From: an uncultured archaeon
GTDB taxonomy: Archaea; Thermoproteota; Nitrososphaeria; Nitrososphaerales; Gagatemarchaeaceae
Assembly (NCBI GenBank): GCA_963799775.1
Contig: CAWCYD010000003.1
Span: 1,824,001-1,888,000, forward strand
Reading direction: 5' to 3'
DNA: 64,000 nt
Each line of letters starts with the position of its first letter. The first letter of the stretch is position 1. Under the pieces are notes generated by a model. That model had not been told where the DNA came from, did not search any database, and worked only from the letters and a program-made list of their open reading frames with translations. Of the stretch, positions 1 to 9,218 are shown piece by piece. The position numbers and the translations under genes were made by a program.

Positions 1-324
1 TTGGGAAAGCTAAAGCGTCCCTGCAACCCCTCACGCGAAAAGGGAAATCGACCCTTCATGCCGCGTTGGAAAAATTCCATGCAAGACTTATCAACAAAAC
101 GTGAGAAGATAGCAATAGTGGATTCATGACCAAACTATGAATAAATAGATGCAAAGTCTAGTTGATTGAGTAAGGCCGTGACCTCTGAAACCCCAAAAGG
201 CGGAATCGCTATGATATTGTCGCCGCAATCCTCATTGTGTTAGCATCCATGACCATAGGTCCGTGACCTTAGTTTCTTCTGATATTATTAGCCCCAAGTT
301 ACTTCATGTTGGGACGATGTTCGA

Positions 325-1530
325 ATGATCCTCTCGAATCAGAATTCGTTCTTCAAGTCAAGGGGTCTCAATATCGGAATTATGATGGTGATTCTCACTC
401 TTCTGCTGCTTTCTAGAGCATTGCCAGTAGGTGCCGTTGCATCTCCCACTTCTTTCTGCTCTCCTGCTGCGATAAACAGCGCCACCGAGGCCCTTGATGC
501 TAATATCAACCAAGCAACAATCAAAGAGCATGCCACATCGACAGCTGCTCTGTACTCTTCCGTCTACAACGTCCAATACGAAGGCGTATTCTTCAACACA
601 ACATGGAATTCTAGTTGTATCGTTTCTATGGATTACGTGGGGGCGGCCTATGCAATGACGGACAAGAACGGTGCTAACTTCGTCCTAGAAATCATCGAGA
701 GCCCGTCCCTATCGTCTGTTCTTAATGTGACAATCTCTCCCTCAGTCTCGCACAGCATTTACAATGACAGCAGTGGGAACGGGGCCAAGTGGGCCGGATA
801 CGAATACAATTCGGGAAACGGACTCGAGGAGACTGAAGCGGATTGGTCTGTCCCCGCAATCAGTGGCCCTGGCTACGATGGGTCTGGTACGAACACGTGT
901 GATAATGGCCAAGACCAAACATACTCGAAATGCATTTACTCTTTCTGGGTTGGCGAGACCGAAGGCCCGGGAGGTTATAACAGCTCTTCAATCACAGGGC
1001 TTGCGCAGGGCGGTACCGATTCTGATTGCAGCAATAGCTGCGATGGCACCAGCAACGGCCCTGACACATACAACATGTGGATTGAATTCGTAAACAGCAC
1101 AAGGGATGACCGGCTACCTGACACCACAGATGTCGTAGGTTCTGGCGATTCCATACAGGCTTACGTAACCGTATTCCCAACCAACGACTACTACGTGAAT
1201 GTCCTTGACGAGCACTCGGGCAAGGCATGGTCTAGTTACATGCCTAACGGCTTCGGCATGGGCAAAGCACATTATGCCCAATTCATGGGCGAAACACCTG
1301 GTGGTTATTCTCTCCCTGACTTTTCAAGCTTCAGCGTTTCGGGAGCCGGATACTACGACGATAGCAGTAACTGGCACACCATCGGAAGCGGGTGGACGAC
1401 CGAGTACGTTCAAAACTATCCATCAGCCTATCAAACATGCAACAGTCAGTCTCACAAGTGGAACGTGTGCTCTGGTTCGGTCTCTAGTGGGGACTTCGGC
1501 CAGAGCTACCTTACAACTTCTGGCTATTGA
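325..1530 (+). CDS. Secreted glutamic peptidase (G1/A4 family)-like protein
   Basis: Signal peptide; G1-like motifs WAGY, WSVP, FWVG, LAQGGT, WIEF, GDSI, AQFMGE. Confidence 0.65.
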   Translation: MILSNQNSFFKSRGLNIGIMMVILTLLLLSRALPVGAVASPTSFCSPAAINSATEALDANINQATIKEHATSTAALYSSVYNVQYEGVFFNTTWNSSCIVSMDYVGAAYAMTDKNGANFVLEIIESPSLSSVLNVTISPSVSHSIYNDSSGNGAKWAGYEYNSGNGLEETEADWSVPAISGPGYDGSGTNTCDNGQDQTYSKCIYSFWVGETEGPGGYNSSSITGLAQGGTDSDCSNSCDGTSNGPDTYNMWIEFVNSTRDDRLPDTTDVVGSGDSIQAYVTVFPTNDYYVNVLDEHSGKAWSSYMPNGFGMGKAHYAQFMGETPGGYSLPDFSSFSVSGAGYYDDSSNWHTIGSGWTTEYVQNYPSAYQTCNSQSHKWNVCSGSVSSGDFGQSYLTTSGY

Positions 1531-1647
1531 TATGTCAAACAAATCTGCCAAACCTGGATAATCAGAAAGTTGCCGTGATAGAGCAATCCATCTCAATCCT
1601 TTTCTAGACCATCCCCAATAAAATTCTAACACTGAAGCTGGTGGCCT

Positions 1648-2514
1648 TTGAACAGTCGAACCGGAATCGCCCTGCTCGTGATCGGGTGCCTAATTCTTGG
1701 TTCGATTGCAACATATCAACAGATTCTCATCACCAAATCACCAGAGATAGCGAAAACAGTCACGGCTACAATCTCTCAAACTCAGACGACGACAATCACG
1801 TTGTCCACTACCACTTCAGTAAACAACACAGTGATTGTTTCGGCGGCGAATCAAACCATAGCCTCGACCTTGGGGCCGAACGGGATAATGTTACTGACTT
1901 CTATCAATGCCACAACTCTTATTGTCGGGCAACAATTGGAGATTAGCGTTTCGCTCTTCAATTCACTCCCTAGAGTAAACAGCGTACCAACCGCGGCTGA
2001 CTGGCAATTTAGAGGCGTCCCACTTTCCTTGTGGCAGGATTGCGATGTAACTCCTGCCAAACCCAATGGGCAAATGGAAACATATGCTACCGAGGTAGTC
2101 GTGCTGCCGGGATACTATACAATCAGCAACATATCGACGGTCGCCAGTGTCTTACTTCCCACTCAAGCTTGTCATGGCTTATCGAGTATGATAGACCACG
2201 TTATTTTCCAGCCGACCAGCTCAACGGCAAATATTACCGGAATCGGTGGAGTGTCAGCGAGTGGACCGATTAACATGACCGCCGGTCCATTCCACACATC
2301 GAACAGCTTCACTACTCGCGGAAGTTGGGATCTTTCAAGTGCTTTGTCTCAGCTTTTGAACGGAAGTCAGCCAGCTATCATCACTAACAACAAACCCGAG
2401 CAAGCAGCTAATATTCCTCCCACAACGTCATTCTCTCCTGGGATATACACGATAGGAATCTCAGATGAATGGGGGCAGAATATCATTTTTCACTTCGACG
2501 TTTTGTCAGAGTAA
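1648..2514 (+). CDS. Membrane-anchored/secreted protein, paralog of cassette genes 51762 and 52694
   Basis: N-terminal TM, Thr-rich linker, shared motifs INATT...GYY..NIS...PGIYTI...DEWGQ. Confidence 0.7.
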   Translation: MNSRTGIALLVIGCLILGSIATYQQILITKSPEIAKTVTATISQTQTTTITLSTTTSVNNTVIVSAANQTIASTLGPNGIMLLTSINATTLIVGQQLEISVSLFNSLPRVNSVPTAADWQFRGVPLSLWQDCDVTPAKPNGQMETYATEVVVLPGYYTISNISTVASVLLPTQACHGLSSMIDHVIFQPTSSTANITGIGGVSASGPINMTAGPFHTSNSFTTRGSWDLSSALSQLLNGSQPAIITNNKPEQAANIPPTTSFSPGIYTIGISDEWGQNIIFHFDVLSE

Positions 2515-2691
2515 TACAGACAGAAAGGAGGAAGTACGAGCACTTGTTTAATATTGTGTAAACAGAAGCTTGCTATCCCTGATTGGTTTCATTCGTGTCC
2601 AAAATATCACCATGACCTCTCAATCCCTAGGGGGAAGCTTCAACACGACGAGTTACAATAGGGCACCGAACCCGTAAATTTTGAAGATACG

Positions 2692-2792
2692 AGCCACAGA
2701 AGGGATTTGAACCCTCGACCTTCTGCTTACAAGGCAGTTGAGCCGAGAAGCATTCATTCTCGTATGCTCTAGCCAGGCTGAGCTACTGTGGC
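2692..2792 (-). tRNA. tRNA-Thr(UGU) with a 26-nt non-canonical intron at 27/28 (2738-2763)
   Basis: Minus strand GCCACAG-TA-GCTCAGCCTGGCTAGAGC-A-T[intron]CTGC-CTTGTAA-GCAGA-AGGTC-GAGGGTTCAAATCCCTT-CTGTGGC-T; BHB helix GAGC/GCTC with bulges ATA and AAC. Confidence 0.92.
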
Positions 2793-4244
2793 CCGAGCAC
2801 CCCCGCTTCTGATTCGGCTTAATCTCCTTTCCGTCAGTGACCTAGCAAAAAGGGCTCGGCAATCGACCGAAATCGCTTGCTTCGTATTCGGATAAGCAAG
2901 AGCAGCTGCCTTGTGACATCCTCCCGCGTTCTCGGAACGTGGGCTTTCAGCGGTTTGGTTTCCGCCTCTAGTTCCTGCTTCAACGACCGAGCTTGCAGCC
3001 CCAGTTGACCAGGGCCGTAGAGATCCGGTCTCCACAGGCTTGAGTTCGGGCGCGACCCGCCCAGGGTGCTCCTGAACGCGTCGAGGACCGCCACGGTCCT
3101 TGTCCCGCCCTACCTGAAGTATTCCTCTCTTCAGCACGACTCGACTAGCATTTCTGTCGCGGTCTAGAATCTTCTGGCAGCCCTTGCAAGGGAACTCGCG
3201 CACGTCCAACGACACTTCAGTGCGGGTTCCACATGACCAGCACTCTTGGGAGCTGAACGCCGGGGGCACTTTCACAAATATCTTCGCCGCCCGCGCTGCC
3301 TTGTATTCAACGAACTCCATGAGCTGGGCCCACGATGCATCCTTGATTGACTTGGCCAGGCTGTGGTTCCTTACCATGTTCCCGATACGCAAATCCTCGA
3401 AAGCCAGCAGGTCATGGTCTCTGACTAGTCTCGCGCTGAGCTTGTGGTTGAAATTCCGCCTCCTTCCGGATACCCTCGAGTACCGAGTTGCAAGTTCGAG
3501 CCGTGCCTTGTCTCGGTTCTTCGAGCTGGGTCTCTTGTTCGCCAGGCTCTTGTGAAGGCGGGCTAATCGCCTCTCAGATTTCCTAAAGAACCTCTGGGGC
3601 TCAACTCTCTCTCCATCGCTGGTGGTTATCAATGATTTCAGCCCCAAGTCAACACCTAGAGGCGATGTCCACGCTCTGGGGAGGGACACATCACATAATG
3701 GCATCCTGCTTTCGTACACCAGGCAAGCGAACCACTTGCCGTCCGGCTCGCGTTTGACTGTGCAAGTCTTGAGCTTCGCGCCCACCGGAACCGACCTGTG
3801 AATGACGACCTTGACATTGCCAATCTTAGAAAGATGTAGCCGATTCTTTTCGGTCTCGAGTTTGGCTCCGCCATTGTACGCCTGAGGATAGGTGAATGAA
3901 CCCCATCCACTGTGTTTCTTGAGTCCCGGGAACTTACCTTTGCCTCCGAAGAATTTCTTGAACGCCCTATCCACCCTCCTCAGCACGTCCTGGAGCGTCT
4001 GCATGTATAACGACCTCATCTCAGAGTTCTCTCTTACTTCGGTCGTAAGCATGAGACATTGCTGCCAGTAGGTTGTGGAATGTCTCTCTCCCTGCCACCT
4101 CGCCTTCCTGTCTTCAATGGCCATATTCCATAGACGGCGACAAACATCGACCGTCTCAATCATGCTCTTCTCTTGTCTTCTGTTCGGGTAGAGCCTAAAC
4201 TTGAAGACACTCCGAGCATTCAACTGGGAACTAACCCAAACCAA
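2769..4244 (-). CDS. tnpB: RNA-guided endonuclease TnpB (IS200/IS605 family), RuvC triad intact
   Basis: FKFRLYPN, GVDLG (D), AFEDL (E), SQECWSCG..CKGC zinc finger, DRDRNA (D); the long C-terminal tail runs through the omegaRNA; no tnpA seen. Confidence 0.92.
   Translation of the reverse strand: MVWVSSQLNARSVFKFRLYPNRRQEKSMIETVDVCRRLWNMAIEDRKARWQGERHSTTYWQQCLMLTTEVRENSEMRSLYMQTLQDVLRRVDRAFKKFFGGKGKFPGLKKHSGWGSFTYPQAYNGGAKLETEKNRLHLSKIGNVKVVIHRSVPVGAKLKTCTVKREPDGKWFACLVYESRMPLCDVSLPRAWTSPLGVDLGLKSLITTSDGERVEPQRFFRKSERRLARLHKSLANKRPSSKNRDKARLELATRYSRVSGRRRNFNHKLSARLVRDHDLLAFEDLRIGNMVRNHSLAKSIKDASWAQLMEFVEYKAARAAKIFVKVPPAFSSQECWSCGTRTEVSLDVREFPCKGCQKILDRDRNASRVVLKRGILQVGRDKDRGGPRRVQEHPGRVAPELKPVETGSLRPWSTGAASSVVEAGTRGGNQTAESPRSENAGGCHKAAALAYPNTKQAISVDCRALFARSLTERRLSRIRSGGARATVAQPG
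2896..3070 (-). ncRNA. Putative TnpB omegaRNA: scaffold ending ...GGGAGGATGTCAC at 2913 plus predicted guide 2912-2896
   Basis: Overlaps the tnpB 3' tail (ELKPVETG region) and ends in an IS200/IS605-like right end; 5' boundary approximate. Confidence 0.55.
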
Positions 4245-4247
4245 GCA

Positions 4248-4668
4248 TTAAGCACCCATGGAACGCCGAAGTTCGGCGAGAACTTTCCGAAGTTCCCCGC
4301 CCGACTGGGCAAGGAAATCTGCGTCCTTTAGGATCAGAGACAGAGTCGCAAGCTTATCCCGATTCTCATTGGGTGCCTCGATGAAGGCCCCGCAGACCAA
4401 CTTCGGCAGCGTGGCTTTTAGCAGCCCAAATCTGAGATTCATGTATGCAGCGCGTCGCCGTAGCTCCGAGAGAGCTGTTCCATTCCGCCTGCTGCAAGAA
4501 GTGCACTCGAGCACAATCCCACTTCCAAGAAACACCAGGAAATCCACAGAGATGCCCCTCTACGGGGTCGGAGGCCGAAGCTCGAACACATGGTGAGACG
4601 AAAGACAGCCGTTCCTCAATCAGGAGATTCCTGACCGACTCCTCTTGGAAGGTCAGGGGCATCATTGC
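4248..4668 (-). CDS. Frameshifted PD-(D/E)xK-like protein directly upstream of tnpB
   Basis: Joining frames gives FQEESVRNLL...ISVDFLVF...IVLEC; its stop lies 3 nt before the tnpB start. Confidence 0.35.
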
Positions 4669-4877
4669 ATGAGTCCTCCTCATCCATGCGATTGACGTGA
4701 CAGTTTACACCTATGCTATACCTCCTAGGGCTATTTAACCACCCATAGAACAAGACATTATTCTGCCTCTGATTGATAAACGGGGCTAGATTCGAGCTTC
4801 TATCATTGGGACAAACAGGATGACATTGCCGCTTAATTGTGGCCTACCACATGGTGTAACGCGCAGGCGGTCTATCG

Positions 4878-5576
4878 ATGAAAGGGCTCATTGTTCTTGC
4901 GGAGGGAACAAGACAAGACTTTCTGACTGTCTTGATTGACCAATCGTCCTTTGGGCTGCAACTCAATCGAGTCCTTTGCGTCTCTGACAAAGAGGAACAA
5001 AACTCGGCGATTGAGAAGCGCTTCGAGGAGTTCGGATACAGGCCAGAATTCCTCTCCTATTCCGACTTGCGGAAAACCAATGCAATGACCGCGAGAGGCA
5101 AGTCAGTCCTCCTCATCTCACCAGCAGAGGCAATCAACGAGTCTGATGCAAGGGGCATGATCGATGGCGGACTGGTCAAACTGCTCACCAGCAAGATTTG
5201 GAGGAATGTTCTCGCGTTCCATGAGACAGACGCTCCTCTTGGCATCACCCAGGTCAGGGCCCTTGACCACCTGTCTGAGTGGATCTCCAGAGGAATCAAT
5301 GAACGGCCGAAAGCTTGGTTCTACGAAATCTTGCTAACGCTGTTGTATAGGAGGCACGAGAGTGTCAGAGGCCTTCAGCGACTACTTGCAAAATCAGTCT
5401 GGAGCCAGCTCGTCCGTACTGATACAGCATCCGCAATCAGACAAGCGCGCGCAGAATTTCTGCGAGAGAATCTCATCTCTGAACGAAAAGGCAGCCTCAC
5501 TTGCAGCGAATCCGGGCGGCGGGCAGTAGAAGATTACACCCCGTTTGACAAGATTGAGTGTCCCGGACACCCGTAA
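4878..5576 (+). CDS. Hypothetical protein with probable C-terminal winged helix
   Basis: 232 aa; C-terminal LRENLISERKGSLTCSESGRRAVE is wing-like; overlaps the next gene. Confidence 0.55.
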   Translation: MKGLIVLAEGTRQDFLTVLIDQSSFGLQLNRVLCVSDKEEQNSAIEKRFEEFGYRPEFLSYSDLRKTNAMTARGKSVLLISPAEAINESDARGMIDGGLVKLLTSKIWRNVLAFHETDAPLGITQVRALDHLSEWISRGINERPKAWFYEILLTLLYRRHESVRGLQRLLAKSVWSQLVRTDTASAIRQARAEFLRENLISERKGSLTCSESGRRAVEDYTPFDKIECPGHP

Positions 5577-7431
5577 GCCACGTGATATCGATGAGAACGG
5601 TCCACGTCCGGGTTGGGAGCCTGATGACGACTCTCGTGAGCGTTCTGACTATCTCGAGGAACTGGTTTCCGAGAGCATAGAGAGACATGGATGGGTGACT
5701 GTCAACGAGGTCGCCACAGCAGCAGTCGACAGTCGAGTGATGCCGACCCGATCGAATGCAAAGTCGCGGAGGATCCTGAAGAAGCTCGTCGCCAAGGGAA
5801 GGCTCGTGGAGTCTGTCTACAGGACTGGCGTGGGCAGGCCACGTCTGGTCTACAGGAGGCGAAACTCCACAGATGCGGCAGAAATCTTCGATAATTCTTG
5901 CGGTGATTGCGCGCTCTACTCTCCTGTCGTGAGGAGATGCAGGTTGTGGTTGGCACTTTCTAGATTCAATGCTCAGCAAGTCTACGAGAGGCAAGAAGAA
6001 CTATCGGCCATCGCACGAGACAAGCTGCGCAACTCCAACAGAAGGGTAGGGCCTACTGCCACGGCCTGCGAGATATTCACTCCCAAGAAAAAGGATTATC
6101 CCCTGTCACAAGCCCGGGACAAATGTGCATCCTGCGGGCAGGAGATTGATACTCCCGTGGCGAAGACCGTCAAGTGTCCCAAATGCCTGACCACGTACAA
6201 GCCCCTCGCAACGAAGATCCTGGTCCACTACGACTACGAACAGTTGTTCAAGGCGCGTTATACTAAGCTAGCAGGAGTGCCACCCCCAAGGCAGGCTCTC
6301 GTGCTTACGGAGCAGGAAGTTCGCGCAGGAAAGACTGACTGGCGCGACATCATCGTTCTCTACCCTGGCGAGAAAGTTAGGCTGGAGGCAGAGGGCATCC
6401 ATGTGGAGCGAAGAAAAGGACGCTTGGCGTTCGAGCCTTACAATCGCATTTACCAGATCATCGATTATGGGGCGCTTACTGACAGGATGATTTGCTCCCT
6501 GAAGGCCGAAGGACTCTCCGTATTGCAGGGGCGTCTCCAAGAGGGTCCCAAAGGGAGAACGTCGTTCCCACTTTACCCGTCGCTTGGATTCGTCGAGAAG
6601 CTGCGCTGGCTCGAGCAGAATTCTCCCCTCCGCAGAGAACTCCTCAAATCGATGATGCTCAGCACGATAGTCGCCACCAAGAGGATAGCGAGCCGCGGCG
6701 GGCCAGGATTGAAGGTCCTTGTGAACCGGCAACTCCTCGAATTCGCCCGGATGAACACGGATGCCGAAATCTCTGTAAGCAGAGCTCTCGCCTACGAAGC
6801 TCGGGCCAACCGCCTATACTGGAGTGCCTACAAGACGATGCTCAGGGTCTCAGGGCTGGGGTTCGAAAGCAGAGTGAGGGACAGATTCGTCAGGGAGATA
6901 GTGCAGAGCATTAGGGCAAGGGCTAGAGGATATTCTCCCGCGAACGCTGCGATAAACTATCTCCACCAGAGGAGACTGCTCTTGTGTCGTCTCGCTAACG
7001 CGAGGACCGCCATCGGTTGGGTCGGATGCGAGGGAATACTCCACGTCGCGAAGAGGGAGCCAAGCATAGGCCTCTTGCTAGACCTCAGCGACTCTTTCAA
7101 GCTGGCTGATAGGGAGAGCTTCCTGAACGCGACGCTTCACATCGAGGTGACAAGGGACGATTTTGTTGCCCGTCTAGGAAGGCAGAGGACCTGGTTCTAC
7201 TATCCGACCCAGGAGGCAGTCGGCAAACTCGATTTGTATGGCTCACACGCCGACCAGTTTCACGTCGTCTATCGAGGTAAGAACATGACCTTGACTGGAG
7301 CTTATGATGAGCTACTAACCTCATTCATCGAGGCCGTAGAGAATTCTGACCTGACTCGTTTCTACCCATTTGTCTATGGCGGCGAAGAAGACGCAATGTG
7401 GCTCGAGAGTATGGATTCTGAGAGAGAATGA
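5545..7431 (+). CDS. Solo Cas1-like protein with N-terminal wHTH and Cys-rich/Zn-ribbon domains
   Basis: Cas1-like motifs YEARANRLYW (E), SPANAAINYL, GILH (H), LLLDLSDSFK (D); N-terminal wHTH (LKKLVAKGRL..GRPRLVY), CGDC..C..C and CASC..CPKC. Confidence 0.75.
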   Translation: MTRLSVPDTRKPRDIDENGPRPGWEPDDDSRERSDYLEELVSESIERHGWVTVNEVATAAVDSRVMPTRSNAKSRRILKKLVAKGRLVESVYRTGVGRPRLVYRRRNSTDAAEIFDNSCGDCALYSPVVRRCRLWLALSRFNAQQVYERQEELSAIARDKLRNSNRRVGPTATACEIFTPKKKDYPLSQARDKCASCGQEIDTPVAKTVKCPKCLTTYKPLATKILVHYDYEQLFKARYTKLAGVPPPRQALVLTEQEVRAGKTDWRDIIVLYPGEKVRLEAEGIHVERRKGRLAFEPYNRIYQIIDYGALTDRMICSLKAEGLSVLQGRLQEGPKGRTSFPLYPSLGFVEKLRWLEQNSPLRRELLKSMMLSTIVATKRIASRGGPGLKVLVNRQLLEFARMNTDAEISVSRALAYEARANRLYWSAYKTMLRVSGLGFESRVRDRFVREIVQSIRARARGYSPANAAINYLHQRRLLLCRLANARTAIGWVGCEGILHVAKREPSIGLLLDLSDSFKLADRESFLNATLHIEVTRDDFVARLGRQRTWFYYPTQEAVGKLDLYGSHADQFHVVYRGKNMTLTGAYDELLTSFIEAVENSDLTRFYPFVYGGEEDAMWLESMDSERE

Positions 7432-7930
7432 CAGGCGTTGAAAACTCATTCTGCCAAAATGATATCATCGCGACCAGTGGCGGCACCAGCGAACGCACTT
7501 GCAATTAGTCAGGGCGCGGCTGTTGCTCTCGCCGAGGCCTCTACAATATTCGTACAACATACTGCAAACTCGAAAGTCAGCTTCAGTCCCTATTTCTCCA
7601 AAGTCGTCGGGCTCGGATGCTCGGTCCGTTCACAATCACAGTCGACGCGCAGATAACCTACCAACTCGTGAGCAATACCTGGCTAATGCACCAAGAGGTC
7701 TGGAATTTTGTCAGCTTCCATAGCCAGAACACGGGCGGCTGGCCCACTTTTCCCCCCAATGGCAAATCGTCGGCCCTCCGCTTCCGCAGCACTATTCTGA
7801 GAGCCCATTCAAGAACTGGGTCTACTTCGATGGGGGCGCTGCCGCAGCAACGCTTCTGGCAGGATACCTCGCGACGATCCCCATCTTCGTCTACATCAAG
7901 AAGCGAAAACGCGTTTAGTCGCCAATATGG

Positions 7931-8371
7931 TTACTTTAGTGACTTCAGTGTCTTGAGGGCTTCGTAAGCCGAGGTAACCACCGCCGCGGAAATGACAGCA
8001 AGTGCGAAGACGAACAGCGGGGAAATCGTCGCTGGTCGTAAGAAAATCAACATAACTAAGAGGGATGTGAGGAAGAACGCAATATAGGCTACCTGGGTAG
8101 GAATCGCGAGTCGTTTGAATCGGATTACGTTATCAAACACAACCCTGTCGATGATGTAACCTTCTTGCACCTCCTTAACCAGTCCGAGTTGGAGCAATTT
8201 CTTTACATGATACTGAGCAACCGAAATCGAACTCAAACCTAGGTCTCGTTGGATTTCCCCAGTCCGGATAGGCTCGCCCGCCTTGAATATGTAGCGATAT
8301 ACTCTAAGAGTCGTTCCCTTTAATGATTCGCGAGAATCCTCTGACTGAGACTCGAACTCCGTCATACTCAC
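7931..8371 (-). CDS. wHTH regulator with two C-terminal TM helices
   Basis: EIQRDLGLSSISVAQYHVKKLLQLGLV; hydrophobic C-terminus. Confidence 0.75.
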   Translation of the reverse strand: MSMTEFESQSEDSRESLKGTTLRVYRYIFKAGEPIRTGEIQRDLGLSSISVAQYHVKKLLQLGLVKEVQEGYIIDRVVFDNVIRFKRLAIPTQVAYIAFFLTSLLVMLIFLRPATISPLFVFALAVISAAVVTSAYEALKTLKSLK

Positions 8372-8441
8372 GCAATTATCATTTGTCTTATATGCCTAAA
8401 CATTAGGTATGAGTTCGATTTACAACCTAAACAATAGGTAG

Positions 8442-9089
8442 ATGCACTGGCCTTCGTCATACCACAACGGCGAGGACCAAATGTCAGAATTTAGAAAGGA
8501 AATCGCGATAGGTGTCACGGTTGCGGTCGTAGTTGCCACAGCATTGGCCATTGCTTCAATCTCATCATTTTCTGGCCCATTAGGAGCCGCTTCCAGTAAT
8601 CCGAGTCAAACGTTGGTCGAGTCGCAGACTACGACATACATTTCACAATCACAATCATCCGTAACCATTTTCTCTAGTCAATCACTTTCCGGACCGCAAT
8701 ATCACCTGACATTCCAAGTTCTGGGAACATGCAATTCGAGCACAATATACTTGCCATGGGGCGTGACCATCTGGAATTCAACGATGAATAATCAGACCGA
8801 AAGCGTCCCAACAGGCACGCCTCTCGCAGAACTAGAGCAAGTTTCGGGGCTTCCGCCAGCGGCGGTCAATGGTTCAACGCAATCCACTACTACAATCACT
8901 GCGAGTTTCACCGGAAGCTCAGTAAGCAAACCGACCACCTTGCAAGACATGATAAACTTCACGCTCCCCGTAGGCACCTACTATTATCAGACGTATGGTC
9001 TGTCGATGGCGGAACACGGGACTGTGATTGTGAATGGAACATCGCAAGTCATTCAAATCCAACCACTCATACCGTGTTATAGCAAGTGA
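8442..9089 (+). CDS. Membrane-anchored Ser/Thr-rich protein
   Basis: N-terminal TM; FTLPVGTYYY Ig-like tail; start may be 8481. Confidence 0.6.
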   Translation: MHWPSSYHNGEDQMSEFRKEIAIGVTVAVVVATALAIASISSFSGPLGAASSNPSQTLVESQTTTYISQSQSSVTIFSSQSLSGPQYHLTFQVLGTCNSSTIYLPWGVTIWNSTMNNQTESVPTGTPLAELEQVSGLPPAAVNGSTQSTTTITASFTGSSVSKPTTLQDMINFTLPVGTYYYQTYGLSMAEHGTVIVNGTSQVIQIQPLIPCYSK

Positions 9090-9218
9090 TATTTTCAGGC
9101 TGCTTTGGCTTACTATGTAATTGAATTCTGTCTTCTAGACCTGTAATTTTTCCTTATAGTTGAAGCATGAACCGAAGTCCGCATAGAAATATATCATTAC
9201 AAACGCAAAAAGCTGCTG

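Noticed and set aside
4245-4877. IS605 left end, tnpA, or the other half of a disrupted tRNA-Thr
   Set aside because: No HUH transposase and no tRNA 3' half found upstream of tnpB
7438-7930. Short ORFs downstream of the Cas1-like gene (possible cas2)
   Set aside because: No Cas2-like motif; they look like fragments of a decayed secreted-protein gene
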